Virus record (IMG/VR): IMGVR_UViG_3300020402_000746 | Span: 1 to 30,354 of that record | Strand: one strand, 5' to 3' | Length of the DNA stretch: 30,354 nt | Source: a virus | Taxonomy: Duplodnaviria > Caudoviricetes | Shown: positions 19,208 through 28,088 of the stretch, piece by piece | Position numbering within the stretch: the first letter of the stretch is position 1 | How the letters are laid out: each line of letters opens with the position of its first letter | Notes under the pieces: model-generated | Databases searched by the model: none | What the model was told of the DNA's origin: nothing | The model's input: the letters and a program-made list of their open reading frames with translations, nothing else | Translations under genes and position numbers: made by a program

Positions 19208-19221
19208 AATAAATATTTATA
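19208..19221. promoter_or_regulatory. Overlapping bidirectional late promoter boxes
   Basis: AATAAATA on + (19208-19215) and TATAAATA on - (19221-19214) overlap in the palindrome ATAAATATTTAT (19209-19220) between divergent genes. Confidence 0.75.
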
Positions 19222-19243
19222 TGAATAGAATTTGGAGGATATC

Positions 19244-19861
19244 TTGTCTGGCCTTTATCAAACTATAACACAATATGGAGATTTTATTAGGCTAGGTTTT
19301 AATTTTGATAGCAAAACCTACATAAAATGGACAGAAGAAAATTTTGACTATGTCAAATATAATCCAAGAAAACCAATCGCTAGATACGGATTAAGCCTTA
19401 CAAGTTTGGATGGTGGATTGTCTGGTATACCTGATCTAGATAGTTTACACGAATACAATCAAGAAAATAAAACAAATTATGAAGAAAAAGATTTTAACGT
19501 ATATACAGATGCTTACATAAAAAATGAAAATATTAAAAAGTTTTTGTATCCATTTGAAGGTAATTTTTTTAGAACACACATTTTAAAATTAGCACCAGGC
19601 GGATATTTTCCTACACATAGAGATTTTAGGCATCTTAATTTAGATAGTTGTAGATTAATATGTCCAATGGAAAACCCTTGTACATTTATATTAGAAGATA
19701 AAGTATTAAATTGGCGTGTAGGACATTTATACTTTTTGAATACAGCAAAGGTCCATCAATTATTCAACAGCACAAATAATGATAGTTATTGGTTGGTTGT
19801 TAATCTTGAACTTAATAAAAATACAGCAGAAACAATAGTCACAAATTTAATGCCACTATGA
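19244..19861 (+). CDS. Asp/Asn beta-hydroxylase-like 2OG/Fe(II) oxygenase
   Basis: LAPGGYFPTHRD…LNTAKVH (HxD…H). The start is placed at TTG 19244, after GGAGG. Confidence 0.75.
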   Translation: MSGLYQTITQYGDFIRLGFNFDSKTYIKWTEENFDYVKYNPRKPIARYGLSLTSLDGGLSGIPDLDSLHEYNQENKTNYEEKDFNVYTDAYIKNENIKKFLYPFEGNFFRTHILKLAPGGYFPTHRDFRHLNLDSCRLICPMENPCTFILEDKVLNWRVGHLYFLNTAKVHQLFNSTNNDSYWLVVNLELNKNTAETIVTNLMPL

Positions 19862-20418
19862 TTGAAGTAAAAGTAATAACGGATGATCTCATTCCTAACT
19901 TAGAAAACTTTTGTAAAAAAGCAAAAGAATTAGGTTATGTAAACAATAGTAGTTTGAAAGAAATGAGGTTTGAAAAAACAAAGGAATGGGGTGAATATTT
20001 TTGTGCTATGGAAAACGGAAATATCATAGCAGTTGCTGGGTGTCATCCTTTACCAGAGGTAAGCAATGATGCTTGGAGGATACTATTTAGAGGTTGCGAA
20101 CTTCCGCACAATAATAATTTTAAGGGATTAGGCAAAGGTGATTGGAATAGTGTTACACAAAGAGAATTTATACCTCGCTTTATAGACTACTGTCCTACAG
20201 ATAAGCTATATATTACTACAAACATTTACCGAGAGCATTCAAACGGTAAAGCGGCTCGCAATCACAGATTAATGGGTCTTTTAGCAAAGCAAGGTATATT
20301 AGAAAAATATTGTGATATGGAATTATATAACTGTGAGCAAACTGTTTGGCGTTTAGATATTAATGAATATAATAGACGTAGAAGTTTGCTGAAAGGAAAT
20401 TATGTGGTACAATCCTAA
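19858..20418 (+). CDS. GNAT-fold acetyltransferase-like protein
   Basis: YFCAMENGNIIAVAGC…WRILFRG…FKGLGK pattern resembles GNAT motifs D/A. Confidence 0.5.
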   Translation: MIEVKVITDDLIPNLENFCKKAKELGYVNNSSLKEMRFEKTKEWGEYFCAMENGNIIAVAGCHPLPEVSNDAWRILFRGCELPHNNNFKGLGKGDWNSVTQREFIPRFIDYCPTDKLYITTNIYREHSNGKAARNHRLMGLLAKQGILEKYCDMELYNCEQTVWRLDINEYNRRRSLLKGNYVVQS

Positions 20419-20659
20419 ACATTTAAAAGAAGCAAAAGCAAAAGCAGGTAGAGAAGATGCGGGGTATTGGTGGCATTTTAGATTAGCAATGGCTGAATTC
20501 TTTTTTCTACTTGGAGTAACAATAGGAAGTCTTATTCACGCAATTTTTCCTTGGGTTTTAGATTTTAAATTATTAGAATGGCGTATTAATAGATTAAAAG
20601 AACTTAAGAAAAAATTGCCTGATGATCCGCAACTAAAGAAGGTAAAATTTGATGAGTAA
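20402..20659 (+). CDS. Small membrane protein, DUF6356-like
   Basis: HL…GYWWHFRLAM, a hydrophobic helix, then LIHAIFPW. Confidence 0.6.
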   Translation: MWYNPKHLKEAKAKAGREDAGYWWHFRLAMAEFFFLLGVTIGSLIHAIFPWVLDFKLLEWRINRLKELKKKLPDDPQLKKVKFDE

Positions 20660-21488
20660 CGTATTAGAACTAACAGCATATAAGAACGGTGAGTATATGC
20701 CGTTGAAAGACATAGGGCCAAGTATTTTAGATTTTGGATTTATACATTGTGATGCTACCTACGATGTAATGCCAGTATACAACGGTAATGCGTTTTGTTT
20801 TGATCGACATGAAAATAGATTTCGAAATAGTGCTGAAAGGTATGGATTAAAAATACCAGATGTAGATTTGTTAGAAATTTGTAAAACACTAAAAAGCAAA
20901 AATGAAATTAAAAATGCTTTTGTTTGGTTTATCCTATGGAGAGGATTTCCTCCTAGTGGTAATCCAAGAGATCTTGAAAACTGTCCTGTAAATTTTGCTA
21001 TGTATATGAAACCTAGTTATCCTATAGCGTCTACACCTATGGTAAAACTTTACTTGGACAAACAAGTCAAAAGGGTTCATGATGCTTACTATGGACAAAC
21101 TTTTAAAAACATGGCATGGATAGAACTAACTATGAGCCAAATACAACGTCCTAAGGATTTTGATACTACAGTTCTTGTTGATACTTCAGGAAACGTAACC
21201 GAAGGACCTGGATTCAATGTTGGAATAGTAAAAGATAAAAAAATAATGACAGCTAGTGCCAACGTACTACGTGGAGTCACAATGACCGTAGTTGAGGATA
21301 TAGCAAAGGAGTGTAATTTAGAATTTCATAGAACACCTATTTCTATTGAACAATTTGAATCTGCTGATGAGGTATTCATTACAAGTTCTAGCGGTGGAGT
21401 TACACCCACTACAAAAACAGGATCAATAACAGATTTATTGATAGATAAGTATGAACTTAAAAAAGAACAATATGCTACAAAGTTATGA
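20652..21488 (+). CDS. PLP fold-IV aminotransferase, (R)-selective amine transaminase-like
   Basis: LDFGFIHCDATYDV, H-R-SA, KNMAW (PLP Lys), TEGPGFNV, LRGVT and ADEVFITSSSGG motifs. Confidence 0.85.
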   Translation: MSNVLELTAYKNGEYMPLKDIGPSILDFGFIHCDATYDVMPVYNGNAFCFDRHENRFRNSAERYGLKIPDVDLLEICKTLKSKNEIKNAFVWFILWRGFPPSGNPRDLENCPVNFAMYMKPSYPIASTPMVKLYLDKQVKRVHDAYYGQTFKNMAWIELTMSQIQRPKDFDTTVLVDTSGNVTEGPGFNVGIVKDKKIMTASANVLRGVTMTVVEDIAKECNLEFHRTPISIEQFESADEVFITSSSGGVTPTTKTGSITDLLIDKYELKKEQYATKL

Positions 21489-21993
21489 TCCCTATTATAG
21501 AGTTGTACCTAACATTCTTAGTGAAAGCACTAAGAAAGAACTTTTAGAAATAGCATTAAAGCCTAATGCTTTTGTAGATATAAGTTATAAAATAAGTTTT
21601 TTTAAATTACCTAGCACAATACAAAAATTTAATAACACAGGTTTAAATTGTGTTTGCCAGCTCTTGAAGGTAAACGAATCAGGAAGTAAAATTCATAAGG
21701 ATAAAAATCGCCATAACGAGTTTGAAGGTACATACATACCACGACAAACAGTAATCAGCTTTCCTTTAACGCAAAATTGTGGTGAGACTTGGTTCTATGA
21801 TGAGTCACTAAATAAAGTAGCCAGTATCAATTATGAAGGATACGGGGCAATATTAAATACTGGTGGACATTATCATAATGTTTACTTCACAGAGGACAAC
21901 GATACAAGAATAGTGTTTCAGTTGTGTTTTGAAGAAACATACGAAGATGTTTGCCAAATATTTGAAGATAAATTGAAAGGTAAAACATTATGA
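21472..21993 (+). CDS. 2OG/Fe(II)-type oxygenase (DSBH fold)
   Basis: KIHKD…ILNTGGHYHNV…RIVFQL. The start may be 21451 or 21472. Confidence 0.65.
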   Translation: MLQSYDPYYRVVPNILSESTKKELLEIALKPNAFVDISYKISFFKLPSTIQKFNNTGLNCVCQLLKVNESGSKIHKDKNRHNEFEGTYIPRQTVISFPLTQNCGETWFYDESLNKVASINYEGYGAILNTGGHYHNVYFTEDNDTRIVFQLCFEETYEDVCQIFEDKLKGKTL

Positions 21994-22559
21994 AAGAACC
22001 ATATTTAACAGAGCTACCTGGATTCATAGATTTAGATTATATGAAAGGCATAGCAGATAATATGCTTACTGATGAATGGAAAAGTTTATCAGATGTTGAA
22101 GCACTAGCAATATATACAGATGTGAAGGTGGTTGATGTAGAAGCAGACGATTATCTAAAGGGTATAAGAGACAAGTATCCTAAATTAAAGAATCATATTA
22201 AATTAATGAAATGTAGTAAAGGATCTTGGCCAATACATATTGATGCTCATAGGAGTTCCGCAATAAGCATACCTGTTACTAACTGTGACAATACAAAGAC
22301 CACAAAGTTTTTTACTGGTGGAGAGATAGCAGAAAAAATTTATGATCAATTTGGTGATAAAAAAGGCATATGGCAATCCAACGAATGGTTGACTTATGTT
22401 GAAAATGCTGAACTTGCTTGTGAACATGCTACAGTTATGCCTACTTTAATAAACACTAAAGTACCCCATCAAATAGTTAATAGTACTGATTCTATAAGAG
22501 TAATTTTTAGTTGGGCATACGAGGCGCCATACGCAGAGGCAGTTGCGGATCTTACCTAA
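21990..22559 (+). CDS. 2OG/Fe(II)-type oxygenase (DSBH fold)
   Basis: PIHID…LINTKVPHQI…RVIFS. Confidence 0.65.
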   Translation: MKEPYLTELPGFIDLDYMKGIADNMLTDEWKSLSDVEALAIYTDVKVVDVEADDYLKGIRDKYPKLKNHIKLMKCSKGSWPIHIDAHRSSAISIPVTNCDNTKTTKFFTGGEIAEKIYDQFGDKKGIWQSNEWLTYVENAELACEHATVMPTLINTKVPHQIVNSTDSIRVIFSWAYEAPYAEAVADLT

Positions 22560-23182
22560 TGCCAACACAATATCCGGTCAATAAAAATCTCACAGATTAT
22601 GAGATTAGGTTACCTAATTTTTGGAATAAAATTTATCACGAAGGAAATCCTGCTTGGGGTAAAGCACCGGCTAATGTATTAGATAAGTTTATTAATTTTT
22701 TTCCTAAAGGAGGAAAAATTTTAGATGTAGGTTGCGGTGAAGGCAGGAACAGTATTCCTTTAAGTAAAAAAGGCTTTACAGTACACGGTATAGATATTTC
22801 AAGAACAGCAATTAACATTGCTAAAGAAAAGAAAAGTGATTGTACATTTGATTGTATAGATATATTTAAAATTGACACAAATGAAAAATATGATGTCATA
22901 ATAGACTTTGGTTTATATCATTTTGTACCTCACGAATTAAGGCAAAAGTATGCTGATATTATTTACAAAATGTTAGATCATGAAGGAATATATTGTAATC
23001 AATCCGGCAGATTAGAAAATAAATTAGGAAGCGTGGATTATACTCCTCCACAGCTAGAAGAACAAGATATGTTAGATACATTTAAAAGTTTTGATATTTT
23101 ATTATTAGAAAAGGACACTTTACCTTCCTTTAGTGATTATTGGGCATATCCTTGTTGGAATATGGTGGCAAAAATAAAATGA
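22559..23182 (+). CDS. Class I SAM-dependent methyltransferase (TehB/TPMT-like)
   Basis: ILDVGCGEGRN, GIDIS and YDVIID-GLYH. The start is ATG 22559, in a TAATG overlap. Confidence 0.88.
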   Translation: MPTQYPVNKNLTDYEIRLPNFWNKIYHEGNPAWGKAPANVLDKFINFFPKGGKILDVGCGEGRNSIPLSKKGFTVHGIDISRTAINIAKEKKSDCTFDCIDIFKIDTNEKYDVIIDFGLYHFVPHELRQKYADIIYKMLDHEGIYCNQSGRLENKLGSVDYTPPQLEEQDMLDTFKSFDILLLEKDTLPSFSDYWAYPCWNMVAKIK

Positions 23183-24675
23183 ATTACGCAGTAATTTTTA
23201 ATGAAAGTGGAGACGATATCATTAGACGTACTATGGGTGCGTATAAAATTGCTGATATGATGCGTATGCAATCATGGACTGTTGAGGTGATAGATTGGTT
23301 AGCTAGATGGACAGATAAGGAAGTAAAACAATTTGTAGATTCTTTACCTTATAAAGTTGATTTATTTGCTTTTGGTAATCTATGGATGAACGACGAAATG
23401 GTCCTAAATAAAATTAATTTTTTAAAAAAAGAATATCCAGATGCTAAAATATTGATGGGAGGACCCAAACCTTATCAAATGGATTATGGAGCAGACTGTA
23501 TGGTATTCGGTTACAGTGAACATGCCATTACTCCTGTGTTAGAATGGATGTTCAGAGGCGGACCAGAGCCAATAGGAAAATATCCTGATTGGGCACCTAA
23601 TAGCTTATTAATAGATGCCAATCATCATTATAAAGGTTTAGTAATAGACAAGTATAATTGTAATTACCACCCTAATGATTTCATAGAACCACACGAAGCC
23701 CTTACTTTAGAATGTACTAGGGGTTGTAGATTTAAATGTAAGTATTGTAATTACGCTTTCTTAGCTGTCAAAGAAGATTACAGCAGAAGCTCGGATGATT
23801 TGTATAACGAATTAATGACAAATTATGAAAAATGGGGAACTACTAATTATATTATCGGTGATGATACTTTTAATGACAGAGATAATAAAATAGAGAAATT
23901 AGCAAAAGCAGTAGAAGTTTTACCTTTCAAGGCTAATTTTACTTCTTTCATTAGAGCTGATTTATTGATATCAAGACCACAGCAAATAGAATTACTTTGT
24001 AGAGCAAGGGTATGGGGACATTTTTATGGTATAGAAACATTTCATCCATTGGCCGCCAAATGTATTGGAAAAGGAATGGATCCAAAAAGAGTAAAAGAAG
24101 GGTTACTATGGATTAGAGATCAGTTTAATAATAGGCTTGGATTGTATAGAGGTACTATTGGTATGATAGCAGGGTTGCCATATGAACCGGTTAGTCATTG
24201 GTACGAAAGCATGGATTGGCTCAATAAGAATTGGGATAGCTATTGGTATTGGGGATTACATATAAGCAAAGATAAAGATAACACCACACAAAGTGATTTT
24301 AGCGTAGACGCAGAAAAGTACGGTTACGTCGAAACAAAAAACAAAGAATTATTAGATTGGGCATATAGCAAAGGATATAATAATCCTGATTCAAAAGGAA
24401 GGCTGAATAATAAATTAGATAATAGACCGTTAGTATGGGAAAGCGAATGGAGTAACTTTAGAGAAGCTACAGAATTCAGCGAAATGTTTATGGAAAAATA
24501 TTTTTTTAAACAAAAACTATCTAATTTTGATATGACAGAATACATAGCAAAATTGCCTTTGGACGAACTGCTAGGTATGACACTAGATGAAATGTATATT
24601 AAAAGAGGATACAGTAAAATAAATAGGCAAAGAATCGAAGAATATAAACAAAAAAAATTAAATTTATTTAAATAA
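23179..24675 (+). CDS. Cobalamin-binding-type (class B) radical SAM enzyme
   Basis: N-terminal Rossmannoid domain (KILMGG…GYSE), TRGCRFKCKYC, IGDDTFN, YGIETF and MIAGLPYE. The start is in an ATGA overlap at 23179. Confidence 0.8.
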   Translation: MNYAVIFNESGDDIIRRTMGAYKIADMMRMQSWTVEVIDWLARWTDKEVKQFVDSLPYKVDLFAFGNLWMNDEMVLNKINFLKKEYPDAKILMGGPKPYQMDYGADCMVFGYSEHAITPVLEWMFRGGPEPIGKYPDWAPNSLLIDANHHYKGLVIDKYNCNYHPNDFIEPHEALTLECTRGCRFKCKYCNYAFLAVKEDYSRSSDDLYNELMTNYEKWGTTNYIIGDDTFNDRDNKIEKLAKAVEVLPFKANFTSFIRADLLISRPQQIELLCRARVWGHFYGIETFHPLAAKCIGKGMDPKRVKEGLLWIRDQFNNRLGLYRGTIGMIAGLPYEPVSHWYESMDWLNKNWDSYWYWGLHISKDKDNTTQSDFSVDAEKYGYVETKNKELLDWAYSKGYNNPDSKGRLNNKLDNRPLVWESEWSNFREATEFSEMFMEKYFFKQKLSNFDMTEYIAKLPLDELLGMTLDEMYIKRGYSKINRQRIEEYKQKKLNLFK

Positions 24676-25366
24676 TTTGTTTTTCTATTTGCTCGTCAAT
24701 GTGTAAATCTAATTTTGGTGCTAAATTAATATTCAAAACAAATCTATCAACTTCGTTATGTTGATTGACAGCACCGTGAGGTTTGCCTACATCTAAATAT
24801 CTTAATTTTTCCGATCTCTCGAAATGATAATCTTCCCCTAAAACCCGCCACACGTAATCAACTCCAGGAGTGATACATAAATGTAACCTTATGCCTCTAT
24901 ACCAAGGATAGTCTAAATGACTGGTTTGCTCTCTACTTAAAAGATTATGTCCTGCTTCTAGTTTTATTAATCTTATTTGTGTAACATTGCCTCTAAATTT
25001 ACTGACCACCTCATCTAAGTAATCAAACCAAGCAGGAGTCTTTTCAGTGTATTCTAAATCTATTTGTTCATTCTTATTGCTGTGGGTGTGTACATTACTA
25101 GATAAGCCTTCTGATAACGGTTCTGTGCTAGCCTTTTTACATTTAAAACATAAACCGTAATAACCAGGAACTTTTATAACACCTGCCTTACCAGCATCAA
25201 CAGTATAGGGTATCATTTGAAAATTTTGTAAAGTATTTTTAATGCCTTCATCTAATCGGTTTAAATCTATATTGTATTTGTCAGGTAGATCGGTAACGTT
25301 AAACTTGCTAATTTGGTAATCAGTGTGGGGTTGATATAATTCTTGCCATTTGTTTACATCATACAT
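24668..25366 (-). CDS. Asp/Asn beta-hydroxylase-like 2OG/Fe(II) oxygenase
   Basis: RLIKLEAG…SHLD…IRLHL…KPHGAVN…DRFVL. Confidence 0.72.
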   Translation of the reverse strand: MYDVNKWQELYQPHTDYQISKFNVTDLPDKYNIDLNRLDEGIKNTLQNFQMIPYTVDAGKAGVIKVPGYYGLCFKCKKASTEPLSEGLSSNVHTHSNKNEQIDLEYTEKTPAWFDYLDEVVSKFRGNVTQIRLIKLEAGHNLLSREQTSHLDYPWYRGIRLHLCITPGVDYVWRVLGEDYHFERSEKLRYLDVGKPHGAVNQHNEVDRFVLNINLAPKLDLHIDEQIEKQII

Positions 25367-25393
25367 ATTGGAAACCTATTATGCTTTTCATTA

Positions 25394-25412
25394 TATTTAG
25401 TGTTTATAAATA
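25394..25412. promoter_or_regulatory. Back-to-back late promoter boxes
   Basis: ACTAAATA on - (25401-25394) and a perfect TATAAATA on + (25405-25412) between divergent genes. Confidence 0.75.
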
Positions 25413-25427
25413 CTATGAGATTCATAC

Positions 25428-26360
25428 ATGATTAATGATTTTGATATATCCAAACTAAATTACTACGAACAAGAAGCAGAAGACTGTACATTTTTTGACG
25501 TGGTGGCTGACATAACACACAGGTGTAACATGACCTGTAAAAATTGTTATCTACCAAATAGAACCTTTCCTGACATGGAGTTCGAAAAATATAAGTCTTT
25601 TATAAAAAGATTAAAACGTCCAGTAATGATAAGACTGGTTGGCGCAGAGCCTACTCTACATCCACAATTGATAGACTTTATCAATACAACGTTTGAGCAT
25701 GGACATAATGCTATTCTAGTAACAAACGGTTTAAGATTGTCTAGTTCTAACTTTGTAAAAAAAATAAAAGATACAGGACTTAAACATTTATACATTAGTC
25801 TCAATGGCATAGACAATGACGATTGGTATCAAGAAATTGATGAGATGCGTTGTGCGAATAAAAAAATAAAAGCAGTAAAGAATACAAAAAATGATTTCAA
25901 TCTAAACTTTGGAATCATAATTGTAAAAGGAATAAATGAGGAAGTACCTGCTAGAGCACACGATTTAATTAAAAGAGAAGCTATTCCTGATGTAACTTTA
26001 CGTTTTAAAAACGTTGGTCAGTTAGGTAGATACCAAAAAGAAAAAGACGAAAATTTAAAAATGAAGGACATGGTAAAACTAATAGGATCCCAATTAGGTT
26101 ATACTGAAGATTATATTTGGAGCCATTATGGTAAGCCACATAGATATAGTAAAGTAGTAGAACCTGGCACTATTGAATTTCCTTTGGATCCTAATAACAA
26201 AGATAGATACAAAGGGCAATGGGTAAAGATCACTGATTGGGATACAGATAACGAACAAGGTATTCCAGATCCTGGAAGTATCAGACGAGGAAGAATTACA
26301 CAAGAATGGAAAGTAGCACCGTTCTATGAACATGCGAAAATAAACGAAAATGGATATTAA
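25428..26360 (+). CDS. Radical SAM protein (MoaA/NifB/PqqE-like core, no auxiliary cluster)
   Basis: CNMTCKNC, IRLVGAEP, VTNG, ISLNG and KGINE motifs. Confidence 0.85.
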   Translation: MINDFDISKLNYYEQEAEDCTFFDVVADITHRCNMTCKNCYLPNRTFPDMEFEKYKSFIKRLKRPVMIRLVGAEPTLHPQLIDFINTTFEHGHNAILVTNGLRLSSSNFVKKIKDTGLKHLYISLNGIDNDDWYQEIDEMRCANKKIKAVKNTKNDFNLNFGIIIVKGINEEVPARAHDLIKREAIPDVTLRFKNVGQLGRYQKEKDENLKMKDMVKLIGSQLGYTEDYIWSHYGKPHRYSKVVEPGTIEFPLDPNNKDRYKGQWVKITDWDTDNEQGIPDPGSIRRGRITQEWKVAPFYEHAKINENGY

Positions 26361-27390
26361 AGTTAAAGAAGTCACTAAATTAGATTTTAAAGATGTCTTG
26401 ATAGAACCACGCGAAGCATCTAAATCACTAACACGTAAAGATATAAACATAGAGATTGACTGGTTAGATACTACAGTACATCCTATAGCTATTGCTAATA
26501 TGACAAGCACTGGCACATATAAGATAGCAAACATACTAACACCAATGCGTTTTTTCACTTTTATACACAAAGAATATACGTTAGAAGAACATTTAAACAA
26601 CCTTCAGGAAATAAAGGATAGAAGATATATTGCTATCACAAGTGGTGTGCGTCCTAAGGACAGAGAAAAGACTATAAAAATTATATCTCATTTTCCAGAC
26701 GTAGGGATTATTAATATTGATATTGCTAATGTGTATGCTAATGTTGAAGGAATGGTAGAAACAATAAAACAATTTAGAAAAGAATTTCCACACATAAAAA
26801 TTTGTGCTGGAAACATAGCAACTCCGTCAGTAATTAAAAAATTAGCAATGGCAGGAGCAAATTTAATAAAGGTAGGTGTAGGCAGTGGAGCGGCTTGTAA
26901 AACGAGATCAGAAGTCGGAGTCGGCGTACCACAATTGAGTGCTATTATGGATTGTTATCCCGAAGCAACAAAATTTGGTTTGGATATTGTTTCTGATGGC
27001 GGTTGTGTAACTCCAGGTGATGTTGCGAAAGCAATAGGAGCAGGAGCCAAAATTGTTATGATAGCGGGTATGGTAAGTGGTAGTGATGAGTGCGATAACC
27101 AGGTAGAAATAGATGGAAAACACTATGTAAATTTATATGGATTGGGCAGTACCAAAATGTACAATAAAACAAATCCAGACGAAATGGATTACAAACCTAA
27201 CGAAGGTAGAGACTTGTTAATACCCTGTAAAGGGCCTATTAAACGCATTTTAAAGCAGTTACAAGGGGGTTTAAGGAGTACATGTACGTATGTAGGCGCA
27301 GAACACATAAACCGCTTATATGAGCTTTGCACGTTTGTTAAAGTGAATAATCAAATTAATAATAGTTTGGAAAGATATGAAAATGATTGA
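26350..27390 (+). CDS. guaC: GMP reductase (IMPDH/GMPR family, no CBS domains)
   Basis: KLDFKDVLIEP, IANM, DIAN, AGNIAT, KVGVGSGAACKTR (catalytic Cys), SDGG, GDVAKA and GGLRSTCTYVGA motifs. Confidence 0.85.
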   Translation: MDIKVKEVTKLDFKDVLIEPREASKSLTRKDINIEIDWLDTTVHPIAIANMTSTGTYKIANILTPMRFFTFIHKEYTLEEHLNNLQEIKDRRYIAITSGVRPKDREKTIKIISHFPDVGIINIDIANVYANVEGMVETIKQFRKEFPHIKICAGNIATPSVIKKLAMAGANLIKVGVGSGAACKTRSEVGVGVPQLSAIMDCYPEATKFGLDIVSDGGCVTPGDVAKAIGAGAKIVMIAGMVSGSDECDNQVEIDGKHYVNLYGLGSTKMYNKTNPDEMDYKPNEGRDLLIPCKGPIKRILKQLQGGLRSTCTYVGAEHINRLYELCTFVKVNNQINNSLERYEND

Positions 27391-28087
27391 TTTTGGAAAG
27401 ATTTTGGAAGAAGGTGTAACCATTTCTAGTAGTGGCACAACAGGTCCATCCAAACAAATTTTTAGGTCTCCTGAAAACCTAAAGGCGGCAAATAAGGTAG
27501 CCGTAGAAGCCCAAAAGATATCTGTTTCAAGCAAAATTTTGACTGTTACAAGAATGACCCATGCTGGTGGCTTATTAGCACAAAGTTTACCTGCTTTCAG
27601 TGTAAACGCAGAAGTTACAGTTCTTAATAAATTTAATCCTTTTACTTTTTTAAAAAATTTCCAACACTATACTCATACGTTTTTAGCACCTGCTCAGATG
27701 ACAGCTTTGATGAACACAAAAGGATTTACAGATTGTGATCTATCTGGAAAAAGAATACTAGGTGGCAGTGATCCTGTATCATGGGAAATGATAGAGGCGT
27801 TTGTTAAAAGAGGAGCAATAGTACAACCTAATTGGGGAATGAGTGAAATAGGACCTATTACTATAAACATAGAATTCGATAACTTAGAATATGTAGAATA
27901 TGTAAAACAAAGATGTTTTGAAGGATATACAATTTTAGGAAACAAATTTTACTGTGATTGGAAAATAGTTGACCATGAACTTTATGTAAAAGGAGATACT
28001 TGTATATACGATGATTGGTTTGCCACCGGTGACATAGTTGCTTTAGACATGGGCAACAGAATGTATTATTTAGGTAGGAAAGATTAA
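27377..28087 (+). CDS. Truncated ANL-family adenylate-forming (AMP-binding) protein
   Basis: SSGTTGPSK (P-loop, A3), WGMSE (A5), FATGD (A7) and GRKD (A8) immediately before the stop. Only 236 aa. Confidence 0.8.
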   Translation: MKMIDFGKILEEGVTISSSGTTGPSKQIFRSPENLKAANKVAVEAQKISVSSKILTVTRMTHAGGLLAQSLPAFSVNAEVTVLNKFNPFTFLKNFQHYTHTFLAPAQMTALMNTKGFTDCDLSGKRILGGSDPVSWEMIEAFVKRGAIVQPNWGMSEIGPITINIEFDNLEYVEYVKQRCFEGYTILGNKFYCDWKIVDHELYVKGDTCIYDDWFATGDIVALDMGNRMYYLGRKD

Positions 28088-28088
28088 A

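Noticed and set aside
22511-22558. TTG-initiated N-terminal extensions in the track (22511; likewise 23140, 19232, 15625, 20649)
   Set aside because: Downstream starts fit stop/start overlaps, SD spacing or promoter position better.
24664-24675. Palindrome TTATTTAAATAA with TAAATA on both strands
   Set aside because: It arises from overlapping TAA stops of convergent genes in AT-rich DNA and would point only antisense into genes.
25428-26360. Assigning moaA or queE
   Set aside because: It lacks the MoaA auxiliary-cluster cysteines and C-terminal GG, and no moaC or queC/queD/folE genes are present in the window.
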